Positions 23,100 through 34,890 of a stretch of DNA of 51,155 bases are shown here, piece after piece. The notes under the pieces are model-generated. The model ran no database searches and was not told the DNA's origin. It was given only the letters and a program-made list of their open reading frames with translations. Positions within the stretch are counted from its first letter, which is position 1, and every line of letters begins with the position of its first letter. The position numbers and the translations under genes were made by a program. The stretch is from Bigelowiella natans CCMP2755 (taxonomy: Eukaryota > Protista > Cercozoa): assembly GCA_000320545.1 (NCBI GenBank), contig ADNK01001801.1, forward strand, positions 1-51,155. Reading direction: 5' to 3'.

Positions 23100-23990
23100 C
23101 ATCCAGGAAAAAACTGCAATGGAATCCCCGGTTGCATGTTGGCCTTGAGTCGTGATTCTCTTTCCATCGTCCCCAGTGGTTTTCTCTCATTAATTCGAAA
23201 AAGAAGGTATTTGCCATTTGAAAAGTGCTTAATATTTCTTGCTCACTTCATTATTTCAGGCAAAATACCAGCGTATTTTTGATCGAGATATTTTTAAGAT
23301 ACATATGCTGCACGGAAGTATCACCTCTGCAATAGGAAGAAGCTCGATTTTTGCTATCGAATGGAAGCCAGGAGACTCTGTGTGGTCAAGTTATACCCAT
23401 CATTTTCCTTACATCAAGATCGTCAATTAAGGCTTTAGGGTTGAAGAAGTAGCTTAATGATTTACACGTTTGTGCATGGGATGGACCAAGCTCGAGCAAC
23501 AACTTTAACGCATTTTTCAAAACTCCATCTACTACATCGTTATCAATCATAAAAATTATGGCCCGAATTGTATCAGCTCTTAATTTATACGGTATCGTCG
23601 GATGTTTTATTTCATCAGATAGCCATCGTAGCTCTGGATAAGACGAAGGGCGAATTTCGTGTGCCGGTGCAGTCGACCATATATCACCATCATCGAACTG
23701 AACAAAAACTGTACCATCACTTTCAACCTTTTCAATTACACCTGAATATATACCACGTTCACTCTTATATATATATATATAGACACACACAATATAGATG
23801 TAAGTATTTGTACACATTTAATTTGTTGGTCGTTTTCCCCAAATCCGGTGAATCTGACATTGAAACGCTTTGATGCTTTTCTACTAGTCTCTCCTCGATC
23901 TTGTTGCAAATCACCTCCATGTCCGGGATCTTGCGATAAAGGCAAAGTTGAATATATATATAAAATATTTATTTATTTCCTACACTTGTA
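23100..23990 (-). pseudogene. Degraded gene with a second Tudor-like domain
   Basis: YSGVIEKVESDGTVFVQFDDGDIW (~23680-23750), with an apparent intron upstream. Downstream reading is broken by several stops. Confidence 0.4.
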
Positions 23991-24386
23991 ATAATTAAGT
24001 ATCAGCCAGGTGGCCGACTAGACATTTTCCATGCGGTAATTTATCTCATTTTCTCAGATGTCGAGGTTAAAGATCGATACCTTTGACTCAATGAGCTTTG
24101 CATGCCTCTTAGGATATAGATGAAATAGCCTGCCGTCAAATATCACGTTCCCAACAATGTGCAGGTATCAACTTGTGCCATTCGCAATTTTGGTCATCTT
24201 GCATCCAATCACAAGCAAACAACGCACCGCGGCGAGGGACGAACGCCATCACTCATGCCAACCACGAAGAATGTGGAAATTCGCAGTGTTTTCATTGACT
24301 GCGACATGGAATCTTGATGCTCAACGACCAAAATGAGTCAGGCGTTTCACTCCGTCACACTGCGTGCTGGTCGATCCGATTGATTT

Positions 24387-24440
<54 letters not shown>

Positions 24441-24776
24441 TCACATCACGTTGGTACCATTCTCAATGCCATTCTTACAGCGGAAACTACCGGAAGATTA
24501 TGCCCTACGACGAATCACCTCTGGACCCGTCTTTCTGGAAATGTCTCCGATGTCACGTTGCTCGGGACACACGAAAGCCGTTTTCTACCGGCGAACTTTC
24601 GGTGCGTCGCAATGCGCTGGAGTCGTGTATTTCATCCCTGCGACAAGGGAAGTGAACGCTAAGGACAGTTCATAGCTTGGAATTTTAGCCTGCGACATGA
24701 TCGGAATGAGCACTAACTTACACTGCATGTCGGAGGCAAAGTCTGCCATAGCTCAAAAACAGTGCGGTAGTAGACC

Positions 24777-26738
24777 ATGGGCGTGGGCAAGAGCAGAAAG
24801 CGGGGTTCGAAGGATGAGCAAGTTGTATCGAAGAAGATCGACGCGGTAATGAACCTCGCCATCGCCACATTTTCTTCATTGAGGAGAATGGTTTACCGTG
24901 AGATAAATCATTTGGTCAAATGCGTCAGGGAATGCAAAAAGAGGCAATGGTGAACGCAAGAGTTATAAAGCTGTTGCTCTTGGGGTATTTCATGATAGTG
25001 GGAAATACATCCGATAGATTATATAAATCCTACACATAAAATTGAATATTATTTTTATTTGATTAGGGCTGGAGAGTCTGGGAAGTCTACTTTGTTCAAG
25101 CAAATGAGAAAGTTCTTCTATGACAGCCAACTTAAATAGAACATGGCTTCATTCTTTCCTATTCTTTTTACAGTCTCTATGGCGATAAGTTCGAGGAACA
25201 GGAACTATTGATCTATAAACCAGGGATTCATAGAAATATTATCCAGTCGTGTAAAGAACTTTACAACCAAGCCCGAATACTTGATAAAACCATTTTTCCA
25301 AGACCTGAAGTCGGAAAAGACTGTAAAGAAGCCGGCGATGAACTCATGAAAGTGTCAGATGGTAATTCTACAATATGGATTAACTAATATTGTAATAACG
25401 ATTAAATTGACTATTTTTTGGGTATTGACAGGCACATCATTAAACAAGAAATTGGGAGGGATTCTCAAGACAATGTGGAAGGTGGATGGTTTCCTGATCG
25501 TCAATCGAATTTGTCATTGATACATTTTTATTTCTCAGGATGAAGCGATTCAAACAGTCTACAAATATTCATCTGAGTTTCAAATGGTAGATGAAATGAA
25601 ATATATGAGTCACATTTCGTATCACTCTAAGTATCTCCAAATATTTTGTGTTCAGATCGATTCTATCGACTATTTCATGACGGAAATAGATAGAATTTGT
25701 GAGAAAGATTATATCCCTTCGTTTATGGACTCGCTTCGGTATCAACATAAGCGTGTAATAAACACGGCTCCTTACCTGGATTTATATTTTAGATGTCGAA
25801 TTCGCACAACTGGCATAGTTGAAACAAAGGTACTAAGCAAAGAGAGTTTACTTGGCTCATTAAATACTTTATCAAACCTTAATCTCCTTGTGGTAGAATT
25901 TCCGTCTTCTTTACGAATTGTTGTGTTGAAAACTACAATATTTATCTGTTTGACACATTCAATGGGAACCTTGTGGATAGTTCGAAGTGGAAAAAAGTCA
26001 GGTTTATGGCACCTCATATTTCTAGTGAACACATAGTAGAAAGATGAAGTGCTTTGAATTTTTTCCTTCTATCCAGTTCACTGTTATCGATGTCGGAGGG
26101 CAAAGAAGTGAGAGGAAAAAGTGGTTGCACTGTTTCCAAGGTGGCAAATTTAATTTCTTTTCGAGCTATGTTCATTAACTTTACTGCACACATTAGATGT
26201 CACTGCAGTAGTTTTTGTCGCCGCGGTTAGTGAATACAATCAGGTTCATTTAACTTTTATTTGAGTGTATTAAGTGAAAACAATTTACTGATTAACTCAT
26301 AAAAAAAGGTGCTATTTGAAGATGCAAAGACAAACCGTCTCAAGGAATCTTTAAGTCTTTTCCGCCAAATCGTTAATTATGATTGTTTTCGGGATAAAAC
26401 ATCGATGATCCTTTTCCTCAATAAGTCTGATATCCTAAAAGAAAAGATTAAGACTGTCCCCCTGAAGGTTTGTGGTATTGTATAAAGAAGATCCACGGTA
26501 ATACTATGATTTATTTATTAAGGTGTGTTTCGAAGATTATGAGGGACCAAACGATTATGACGCAGCTTGCGAACTTTTTCGCGATGCATTCACTGCTCAA
26601 GTCGAAGGTGGATGCGCTCAAAAGTTATACATCCACATAACTTGTGCTACGGATACCCAACGTATCCATACCGTTTTTGCTGCTGTCAAAGACACACTTC
26701 TTCAACAGTCGTTGATGACTTCAGGGTTGATAGAGTAA
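24777..26738 (+). CDS. Heterotrimeric G-protein alpha subunit (13 exons, 12 GT-AG introns)
   Basis: MGxxxS myristoylation start; [14 protein letters not shown] (G1), RIRTTGI (G2), [12 protein letters not shown] (G3), FLNKSD (G4), TCATDT (G5). Exons join in frame, including a 21-nt micro-exon FEVEKSQ (25981-26001). TAA ends at 26738. Confidence 0.97.
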
Positions 26739-27031
26739 TTTAAAATCAGTAGTACCAACGTGTGCATGAATGTATGCATTGTAATATCTGTAAATGATGA
26801 CACCAGCAGCGATCTAAAGTCATCTGCATTCGATATAAACTCTTCACATAAAGTTGCTGATTTATTTGAACTGTCGAATTCCTTGCTGGACCACATCAAG
26901 GAAGACACATATGTGATGTGTAAGTAATGACAATGACAACCATCATGACCGCCAATGGTGGTGTGGTGTGCAAACATACCCTCGCAAAGCAATGCTGCTG
27001 CATCACACCAGTGCATTGTGCTACTCTAGTA

Positions 27032-28365
27032 CTGCATCATTGCATCTTTCACATCATGTTGTGCACACTCAAAATGCAAGCCCAGGGTGATTCCACACTA
27101 GCACACTCTGTCAACAAAAAAGGCCAGAAGGGAACTGGTGAAGTTTTGACATGCATCCCTTGAGAAGGTCCCTTTCGTGATGCAGCTGCCGTGGAAGGCA
27201 TGTGCATCATGACACATCCAACACCAGAGCTAGCAGAGTGTTCCAGTGTTGGACACCAGCTGCCGTGCTGGTGTGGAAGGCAGCACAGTGCTAGAGTGTG
27301 TTGTGATGCATCCAACACGATGGTGTTGGATGCACGTTGCTGCCGTGCTGACGCAGGCAAGGTGTGATCATGGATCCAACACCGTTGTGTTGGTGAATGC
27401 CACACGTGCAACAGCCCTCTCAGTGCACGCCGAAGGCATCCATTGGGGGGGAGTCCAAGAGTCACACCGGCAAAAGGAGTCACGCTGCAATGTGGAACAA
27501 GCTCAAAAAGAACCAGAGAAGCTCAAGATGGCCATCAAACAGTGAGTGCACAACACGAACGTGTTCGGTTCAGGGGGAGCGTGAGAACGTGAACGCACAC
27601 GTCACGCATCGTTGGAAACTGCAATTCTCCGACACGCACTTCAGGCCGTGGGCAATCAGTCCAAGCAGTCGTGACTTTGGACGTGCGATGACGTCCTGTG
27701 AATTGGTTGCAACAGAATTGGAGGGGGTTTCCCCAATTCACTGTGTTTTTTTTTACTAGGCCATGTGATCCAGCGATCTGTGGGTCACGTGGACCCTTCC
27801 CCCACGCTGACGTGGAGGAACCTGCGTGCAAAGCGTGCAAGAATCAACTGGTGCAGTCACTGAACATGATTTCAGATGCACCACGTTGAGTTGTTGCGTG
27901 ACGCTGCAAATCTGTCATGCAGTGCACGTGAACAACAAGCTGCGCAACGCCGAAAGTTCACGTTGCGACGGTGCAGAAGTGAACTGTGCCAAAGTGTCAC
28001 GTGCGCATTGCTGAATTGTGCGCATTGTGTCACTGTGTCTGACAAACATCACGTTGGACAACGTGTGATGTCACAATGTCACGCACGTGTCGTGCACATT
28101 GAGCATTGAACAATGATGAAAAACTGCACTTCCAAAGAGTGACAAGACACTTGCAATGTGTGAAGTGCAGTGCCTCGAACTGCTAGACTGGCTTCAGTGA
28201 GGACTGACTAGCAAACCAGCGGGATTCATGCAAGTTGGCACGAACTGAACATTGAATGCATCACAACTAGCAGCCAAGTGACGACGACGCAAAGCACCCA
28301 TCCTGAGCAGGAACTTCCTGACAGTCACGTCCACACGGACACGGAGAACAGATCAACGTCAGGGA
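27032..28365. other. TpA-free compositional island
   Basis: Manual count: 8 TpA in ~1330 bp, 7 of them in CTAG. Confidence 0.92.
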
Positions 28366-28691
28366 TGTAGCGCGTACCACTACGCGGGCACAAGTCACGT
28401 GCGACAACAAAGGGGTTGTCGCGGATATAGAATATAGATAACGTAGATATTAATACAGCATAGGCACGTGGGTTCCGGCGGGACTCATGGCAGCACACCG
28501 GAAGTGTGCTGCCCCACGTGCGGCGGCATTCGCGAAAGCTTCGCGAATGATTACGCAGTGCACGATTTAATAAAAATATAATCTTTAATAAAAATAAACA
28601 CAACTCTTCAAAAGGAAGCAAACGTGCCTTTCCCCCCCCCTGCCTACTTGTGCACGTAGCGCCTCGGCCTGTGAACACCTTACGCGCAACA
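28366..28691 (+). repeat. LTR, + orientation, followed by PBS-like leader
   Basis: 326 bp; no differences seen versus the copy A LTRs. Confidence 0.95.
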
Positions 28692-28774
28692 ACCTTTGGC
28701 TTCCATCTGCTTGGGAAACGATTTGACTAACAATGTCACAGCAGCTAGAAGAACAGCAGGACTTTGGCTCGCAA

Positions 28775-31700
28775 GTCGTTCACCCTGACCTTATTATTTC
28801 CATATTCCACATCGAACTTAGGTCGGGGTCCTAAACAAGGCATGGCTCGCTCCCACACAGTAGGGTTTACTTTAACATCCTCTAGGAGCTTCTCACCGAT
28901 ATCATAATTCTTTAGGTGACTGATGTGGCGCAAGGTGACCCTGTTCCCATCATAGATGTAGTACTGCTTCCTCCCCTTCCTCTCGGTAACCTTTGCAACG
29001 CCACCCCAGAAGGGGTCTTGTTTATTTCTCGATCTCAGATTTACCTTGGCCCTAACATACTGTCCTTCCTTTAGAACTCGGCCATCGTACGGGACCTTCT
29101 CGTCTTCGCTCTCGGTATCGTCGTCGTTGTCGTCGCCTTCTTCCCTCTCCTTATCCTTGATACCTCCCCCAGACGTGAAGGTGTCGTTTACTAACCCTTG
29201 TATCTTGTCTGGTGTGGTGCTATTTATCCTGCTTAGGTTGGCCAAGGTGCGGTGGAGTCGCTCTACCTTGGAGTTGGACTGGGCATAGTATACAGGTGAG
29301 GCATCAATATTAGGGTGTGGTAGCTGTAGAAGAGAGGTCTCATTATCCACATGTAATTTCTTTGGTATCTTGTTTATGCTAACTTCATCAGGGATAGCCT
29401 GGAGCTCAGACTCCCAGGTACGGTAGCAGTTAGTAAGCCTCTGCTTATATAAGCCTTTGTTCTTCTTAGCAACGTTGACCTTGATAATCTTTTTAACCCA
29501 GCACTTTCCAGTGGCCACATCAACGAAGGTAAGGTAGTGATAGCCATCGTACTTATAAACATCAATTTGCACGATATCTAAGAAGTTCCTTGCTTTGATT
29601 TTCTTAGATGCACGGCTCTTGCTGGACTCCTTGGTGGCGACACCTGCCGCCTTCAAGCTGGAGCACCTGCAGCCACGCAGGTATGTCCTTATCTCTTTTA
29701 GCTTGTAGGGCCAGTAGTAATGGTAGAGTAGAGCAGTGATATGGTTTTCTCCTACGTGTGCAGGTCCATGGGCGGTAAAGAGAAGGGCTCCCCTGGTCCG
29801 CCGTGGCACGTAGGTACGCCTAACATTATTAGTGTATACATATATCCTATCACTAAGTACCTCATGCTTGTGTTTGTATTTATCCAGGTGTTCTTGAAGG
29901 TGCTGGAGCTCCTCTGGCTCAGGCAGGAAGTCGCCGTCCTCGAAGGTAATCGCGTTAACCATAGGGGTGACCTGGGTAGGGACTTTCTTTTCGAACAGCC
30001 TGCTGAAATAGTCAGCAAGCTGCTTGTCTCCTGGTGCGTAGACCACTGTCCTCTTGTCCCTAAACTCTTCCGTGTCCGCCCTCATAGCTGCATACTCATC
30101 GTTAGGCGCTTCGAGCTTGCGGTCGATGCCTAGGAGGGGCTTGTGGTCAGTCATTAAGGTGAAGCTGGGCACCGACAGCAGGTAGTATCTTAGTTTCCTC
30201 TGCGCCTCAGTCATGGCTTTATACTCTCCTTTTGTAGGGCTGTACTTGGCCTCAGCTGCTGTGCAGGCCCTGCCCCACACCCGTATGATCTGCTGGTCTT
30301 GGGTAAGTACAGCAGCCATACCTAGCTTAGACCAGTCTGTCCATAGGGTAGCTGGTCTAGTAGTGTCTAGCTTAGCATTCAATAGGGTGTTGCTGCATAA
30401 CTTTATTAGGTTATCGAAGTGGGCATCAAGGCCAGCCTTGGCCCACACCTTAGCGAAGCTGAGGCCTACAGAGTTCTCCTTCCGGTAAGCAGTAGTAAAA
30501 GCAGCTGCAGTCCTAGCGTAGGTAGGGGAGAACCTACGTAGTATCCAAGCTGCAGTCTGCAAGAATGACTTTAACTCCTTTGCATTCTTAGGTTTAGGGG
30601 CTTGCTGTAGTGCTGCTACTTTCTCGGGGTTTGGGGTGATGCGGCCTTGCTCCAGGTAATATCCACACCACTTGATTCTTGTAGCTAGGAATGTACACTT
30701 CTGCAGTCTAATAGTAAAACCGAAGTGTGCAAACCTAATAAATATATTTTCCAGGAGGAAGATCTGAGCGACGACTGTGTTGGTACATATTATGTCATCA
30801 TCCACATACACAAACACAAACACCCACAACACAGACGCCATCCCATCATGTGTGTATGCCCTGTAGTTCTGACTACTGAACGCATCCCCTGATATGCTTA
30901 GGCCGTAAGGGAATACGACGAAGTGCCACTTCCTGTGCCTGCTGGAGAACGCGGTAATGGGGCGGGAGGTTTTGTGGATGGGTGTCTGCATGTATGATTC
31001 ATTTTTATCTAGGGAAGAGTAGTATTTGTATCCTATGACGTGTTCAATAACGTCATCTATCCTTGGTGTAGGTGTCTGGATCCTCTTTATTACTCGGTTG
31101 TGGCGGATGAAGTTGTGCGCCAGGCGGAAGAAAGGGTAAGTAGGTTTCTTAGCTAGCACATGTCTCACGTTCCATGGTGAGTTGCTTGGCTCTATCTTCC
31201 CTTCCTTTGCCCATTCATTGATCTGCCACTCTATCTTTTCCCAGTCCGCTTCCGGTCGCCTATGTTCTGGGTCATTGATGATGCACTCTTCGTATCCCTT
31301 CTTTAGCTCGATCTTTACTGGGGTAAGCTTGCTGGAGGGCTTCGTCGTCGGCTTGGTAATGTCAGAGTACTTCTCGTTTAATATTTTATTAATGTACTTT
31401 TTGCCTTTGTCGATATCCCAATCATCAGCTGGGGGGGTCTTGTCCAGTAGCTCCGTTATCTGTCGGATGGTCTTGCCGGGGTTCTTCTTCCGTAGCTCGG
31501 TAGGTGTAGGTAGCTTGTTGTCCGCTAGGTCCATAAACTCTAACGCATTAACGCTTGACTCAGAGGTCCACTCGTCAAGCCGTATCATGTTCTGGCTGAT
31601 GGTCCTGCCTGACTTCTTTGGCAACTTAGCAAAGTATATCTTGTGATTGTAGAATGATATGATCCCCCCTAATTTTTCTAGGGCATCCTGTCCGAGGAGT

Positions 31701-33471
31701 AGTTCCATGGATAAAGTCATGGCTACTCGGGTCTTGATTTGGGTCTCCGCGTCGCTGCCAGGTATCTGTAGCTTTAGCATTAGCTCACCGACGGTCTTCA
31801 TAGAAGAGCTTCCGTCTGCTTGAGCATATTTACGTTCTTTCTTAGTCACTTGATCCAATAGTCCTAACCTTCTTACTGTGCTTAGGCTTATGAAGGACTT
31901 CGGCATGCTGCCACTATCCCAAAGGGCAGGTAGTTTCTTGTAGTCTCCGTAGCTGTCTTTAACTTTAACCTTGGTCATAGCAACTTTGATAGTCCTGTTA
32001 GCGTCTTCGTCATTAATGTTGCATACTCCTAAGTTCTTTATGTCGTCTAGGGTCATGGGCTTGTCTTGGTCCTGCGTTGCTGGTACTGCTGTCTTCGTCG
32101 GCGCCTGCTTAAGGTGATCTAATATTCCGTTTATCTGCTGCTGTATAGCATTGATACTGTTCTGCTTTTTGTTCTTATATTTATTGTTCTTCCCGTTGTT
32201 GCTGCCTTGCCATTTGCTGTTGTTATATCCTTGTCCTCTGCCTTTCTTTCTCTTTAACTTCTCGTAGTGTTCGTTGAGCTGCCTGATCGTCATCCTGGGT
32301 CGTCCTTCTTTCCTGTCTCTGCAGTCTTTAGCGGTGTGTTTCCCTTTACGTGAGCAGTATCCGCAACGTCGGTTACCTTCCCTGTCCTTGTACCAGTCTC
32401 GCTGCGGCTTAATAGCGTTAATGTTTCCTATGCCAGGTACCTTAGGGCTGGTAAACTTGCGGTCCTGCTCCTGCTCGCGTAGGGATATAGCCTCATTTAC
32501 AAAAGCCTTCATTATCGCCTCAACGTCTCGTAGCCCACTAACTGTAGTGTGTATTTTCTCTAGCTGCCTGATCCGGCCTGATCATCACCTGTGTTGTAAT
32601 TAAAATCATGTAGTTCGTCGATCATATCCTGGAAGCGCGTGGCAAAGTCTCTAACAGGTTCTCTCTCATGCTGCATCATTGCTCTGTATTTTCTAATAGC
32701 CTGGGGTAGGGAGTTAGCATCCTGTTCATTTACAAAAGCCTTCATTATCGCCTCAACGTCTCGTAGCCCACTAACTGTAGTGTGTATTTTCTCCAGCTGC
32801 CTGATCCGGGTCCTGCCTGTCTCGTAAAGGTCCATGGCTTGCTTTATTATAGCTAGCCATTTGAGCTTGTCGTTTTCGGTGGGGTTAGGGGTAAAGTCGC
32901 AGAGTATACTCCTAGCGTTCTTCCACCACCTCCTTGCCTCACCTCTTTTCCCGTTGTATTTCGTTATCATAACCGGTGCTGTTTTAACAGACATGAACTG
33001 GGTGTTCCGCTGTACCGGCTGCTGCTGCTTGACGGTGCTCTGGGTCGTCCCCCGCGAGGCGCCCAGACCCCCGTCGTTCCTAAACAAAGCTGCCCACTCT
33101 GGAGGTAAGTCTGCTTCGTAATCCATGATGTCCTGCATGATAGCTGCCCAAACATCATGTGTCTGATACTTGTATTCTATCGATACTTTCAGTTTGGCGT
33201 AGTTGCTCGCCCTGGGTCGCAAGGCTCGTAATGCCATTACGACCTTCTTGCTTTCGGCGGCCACGTCCTCGTCGTCCGCCTCGTAGAAGTTCTCCAGTGC
33301 CTCTGCTGCTGCATCTGCTTTCTTAATCCCGGGTGCTGGTCCCGGCGGTGCCTGTGGAGGTGTTCCTCCTCCTTCCTTAGCGTCCGTATCGCCCTTCCTT
33401 TCCTGTTTCTGCTCGTGCCCTTGCACGGCCTGCGAGCCAAAGTCCTGCTGTTCTTCTAGCTGCTGTGACAT
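28775..33471 (-). pseudogene. Disrupted gag-pol of copy B
   Basis: Gag frame stops at 32560 after an internal duplication/deletion. The remainder (32512-28775) is identical in protein to copy A but lacks the last ~90 aa. Confidence 0.92.
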
Positions 33472-33510
33472 TGTTAGTCAAATCGTTTCCCGTGTGTGGA
33501 AGCCAAAGGT

Positions 33511-33835
33511 TGTTGCGCGTAAGGTGTTCACAGGCCGAGGCGCTACGTGCACAAGTAGGCAGGGGGGGGGAAGGCACGTTTGCTTCCTTTTGAAGAGTTT
33601 TGTTTATTTTTATTAAAGATTATATTTTTGTTAAATCGTGCACTGCGTAATCATTCGCGAAGCTTTCGCGAATGCCGCCGCACGTGGGGCAGCACACTTC
33701 CGGTGTGCTGCCATGAGTCCCGCCGGAACCCACGTGCCTATACTGTATTAATATCTACGTTATCTATATTCTATATCCGCGACAACCCCTTTGTTGTCGC
33801 ACGTGACTTGTGCTCGCGTAGTAGTACGCACTACA
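33511..33835 (-). repeat. 5' LTR of the minus-strand copy (diverged variant)
   Basis: 325 bp; 6 substitutions and a 1-bp deletion versus the other three LTRs (manual comparison). Confidence 0.93.
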
Positions 33836-34890
33836 TAGAAGCGTGAGTAAATCAAGGGTGGGGAAGGGAGGAGAAGAAGGGGAGGCATGGAAAATAATTA
33901 GAGAAAATAAATAATCCAAGTCCCGGAACATCAAAAGTCTCTACAATCTCGGAAAAGGAAATCAAAATTTTGCAACACTGACAGCGAAATATGCAATTAC
34001 CAGAGTTTTGCAACATCGTTTTCCCCACTTTCTATCTGTGAAGTCGTCAACGTTTTTCCGTCTTCCTTCAGTTTTTAAAAGAAATTTTGTTTAAATTTAG
34101 GGCTACAACAGATTTCGGCGATTGACGAAGGTAGCTCTTCTGATAAGAAACTGATTGATCGGAATAATACTACCATCCACACAAGGTTTGGAGCTGAGAT
34201 GCAGAATGGACCTCTCCTGGATCGGCACAGCCGGGTCATCAGAGTCCAATTCTCAGGGACTTTATATGCAAGAGGTGAAATGAATTACCATGAAGTTATC
34301 GAAATAAATATTAAGATTTGTAAGTACGTGTAAATATGACATGCATGTTGTACTTAGGGCGAGTCAGGTCCACATGAAAGCATCGAAGCAGGTTTATTTC
34401 ATAAATAAATCACTCCTCTACTACTACTACTGCTGCTGAACATAATTGCTGCTATTTTATAATTAACTACCACCTCAGGGGCAGATGAAACAGGAACCCC
34501 TGGAGAGCTTGCTGGAGGTTGCGAGAGATTTTATAATTTCCGACTAATTGAAAGGAGGAGAAGGAGGAGTAGGAGGGTCTCTCCTTGGAAACTCTGCTTA
34601 TTCTTCTTAAACCTTCACTAACCTTGTTCTTCTTGAATTTCACCCCTAGATTATCCTCCTTTAATTTACTAGTGGGAAATCTTCTTCAAACACCTACGGT
34701 GATTCCAGAGATCCCTTCGCCTCCCCCAACATCGTCAATCGGCCATTTTCCGGTCATAAGTCTCACGCCTTTATCATCACTGCTACTACCTCTAGAGTTG
34801 TAATGACAATTCTCATTTTTTGGTTAGAGAGTGGGGGGGAGACGCAAAGAGAGAGGGGAGGTGGGGGGGAGGGGGGTAGAATAATTCATA

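Larger units (their letters stand above)
28366..33835 (-). mobile_element. Rearranged second copy (copy B) of the same Ty3/gypsy element, bounded by inverted 5' LTRs
   Basis: + strand LTR (28366-28691) plus leader and the first ~14 gag codons (to 28773), joined to a minus-strand copy running from LTR 33835-33511 through gag-pol and truncated at the equivalent of copy-A position 14986. No PPT or 3' LTR; flanks AGGGA / TAGAA give no TSD. Confidence 0.95.

Noticed and set aside
24846-26522. Non-canonical introns in the G-alpha gene
   Set aside because: All 12 introns can be placed with GT-AG ends while keeping the frame.
27049-28109. Many overlapping His/Cys-rich ORFs here and at 48877-51020
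   Set aside because: Loss of TpA removes TAA/TAG stops and Tyr codons in all six frames, so long ORFs arise trivially. Not evidence of metal-binding proteins.
28366-33835. DIRS-like or DNA-transposon interpretation of the inverted termini
   Set aside because: The element encodes a DDE integrase and no tyrosine recombinase or transposase, and copy A shows the normal direct-LTR form.
33990-34810. Possible minus-strand gene, with a ubiquitin-like-looking LKEDGKTLTTSQIESG
   Set aside because: Similarity too short and frames broken by stops; no supportable gene model.
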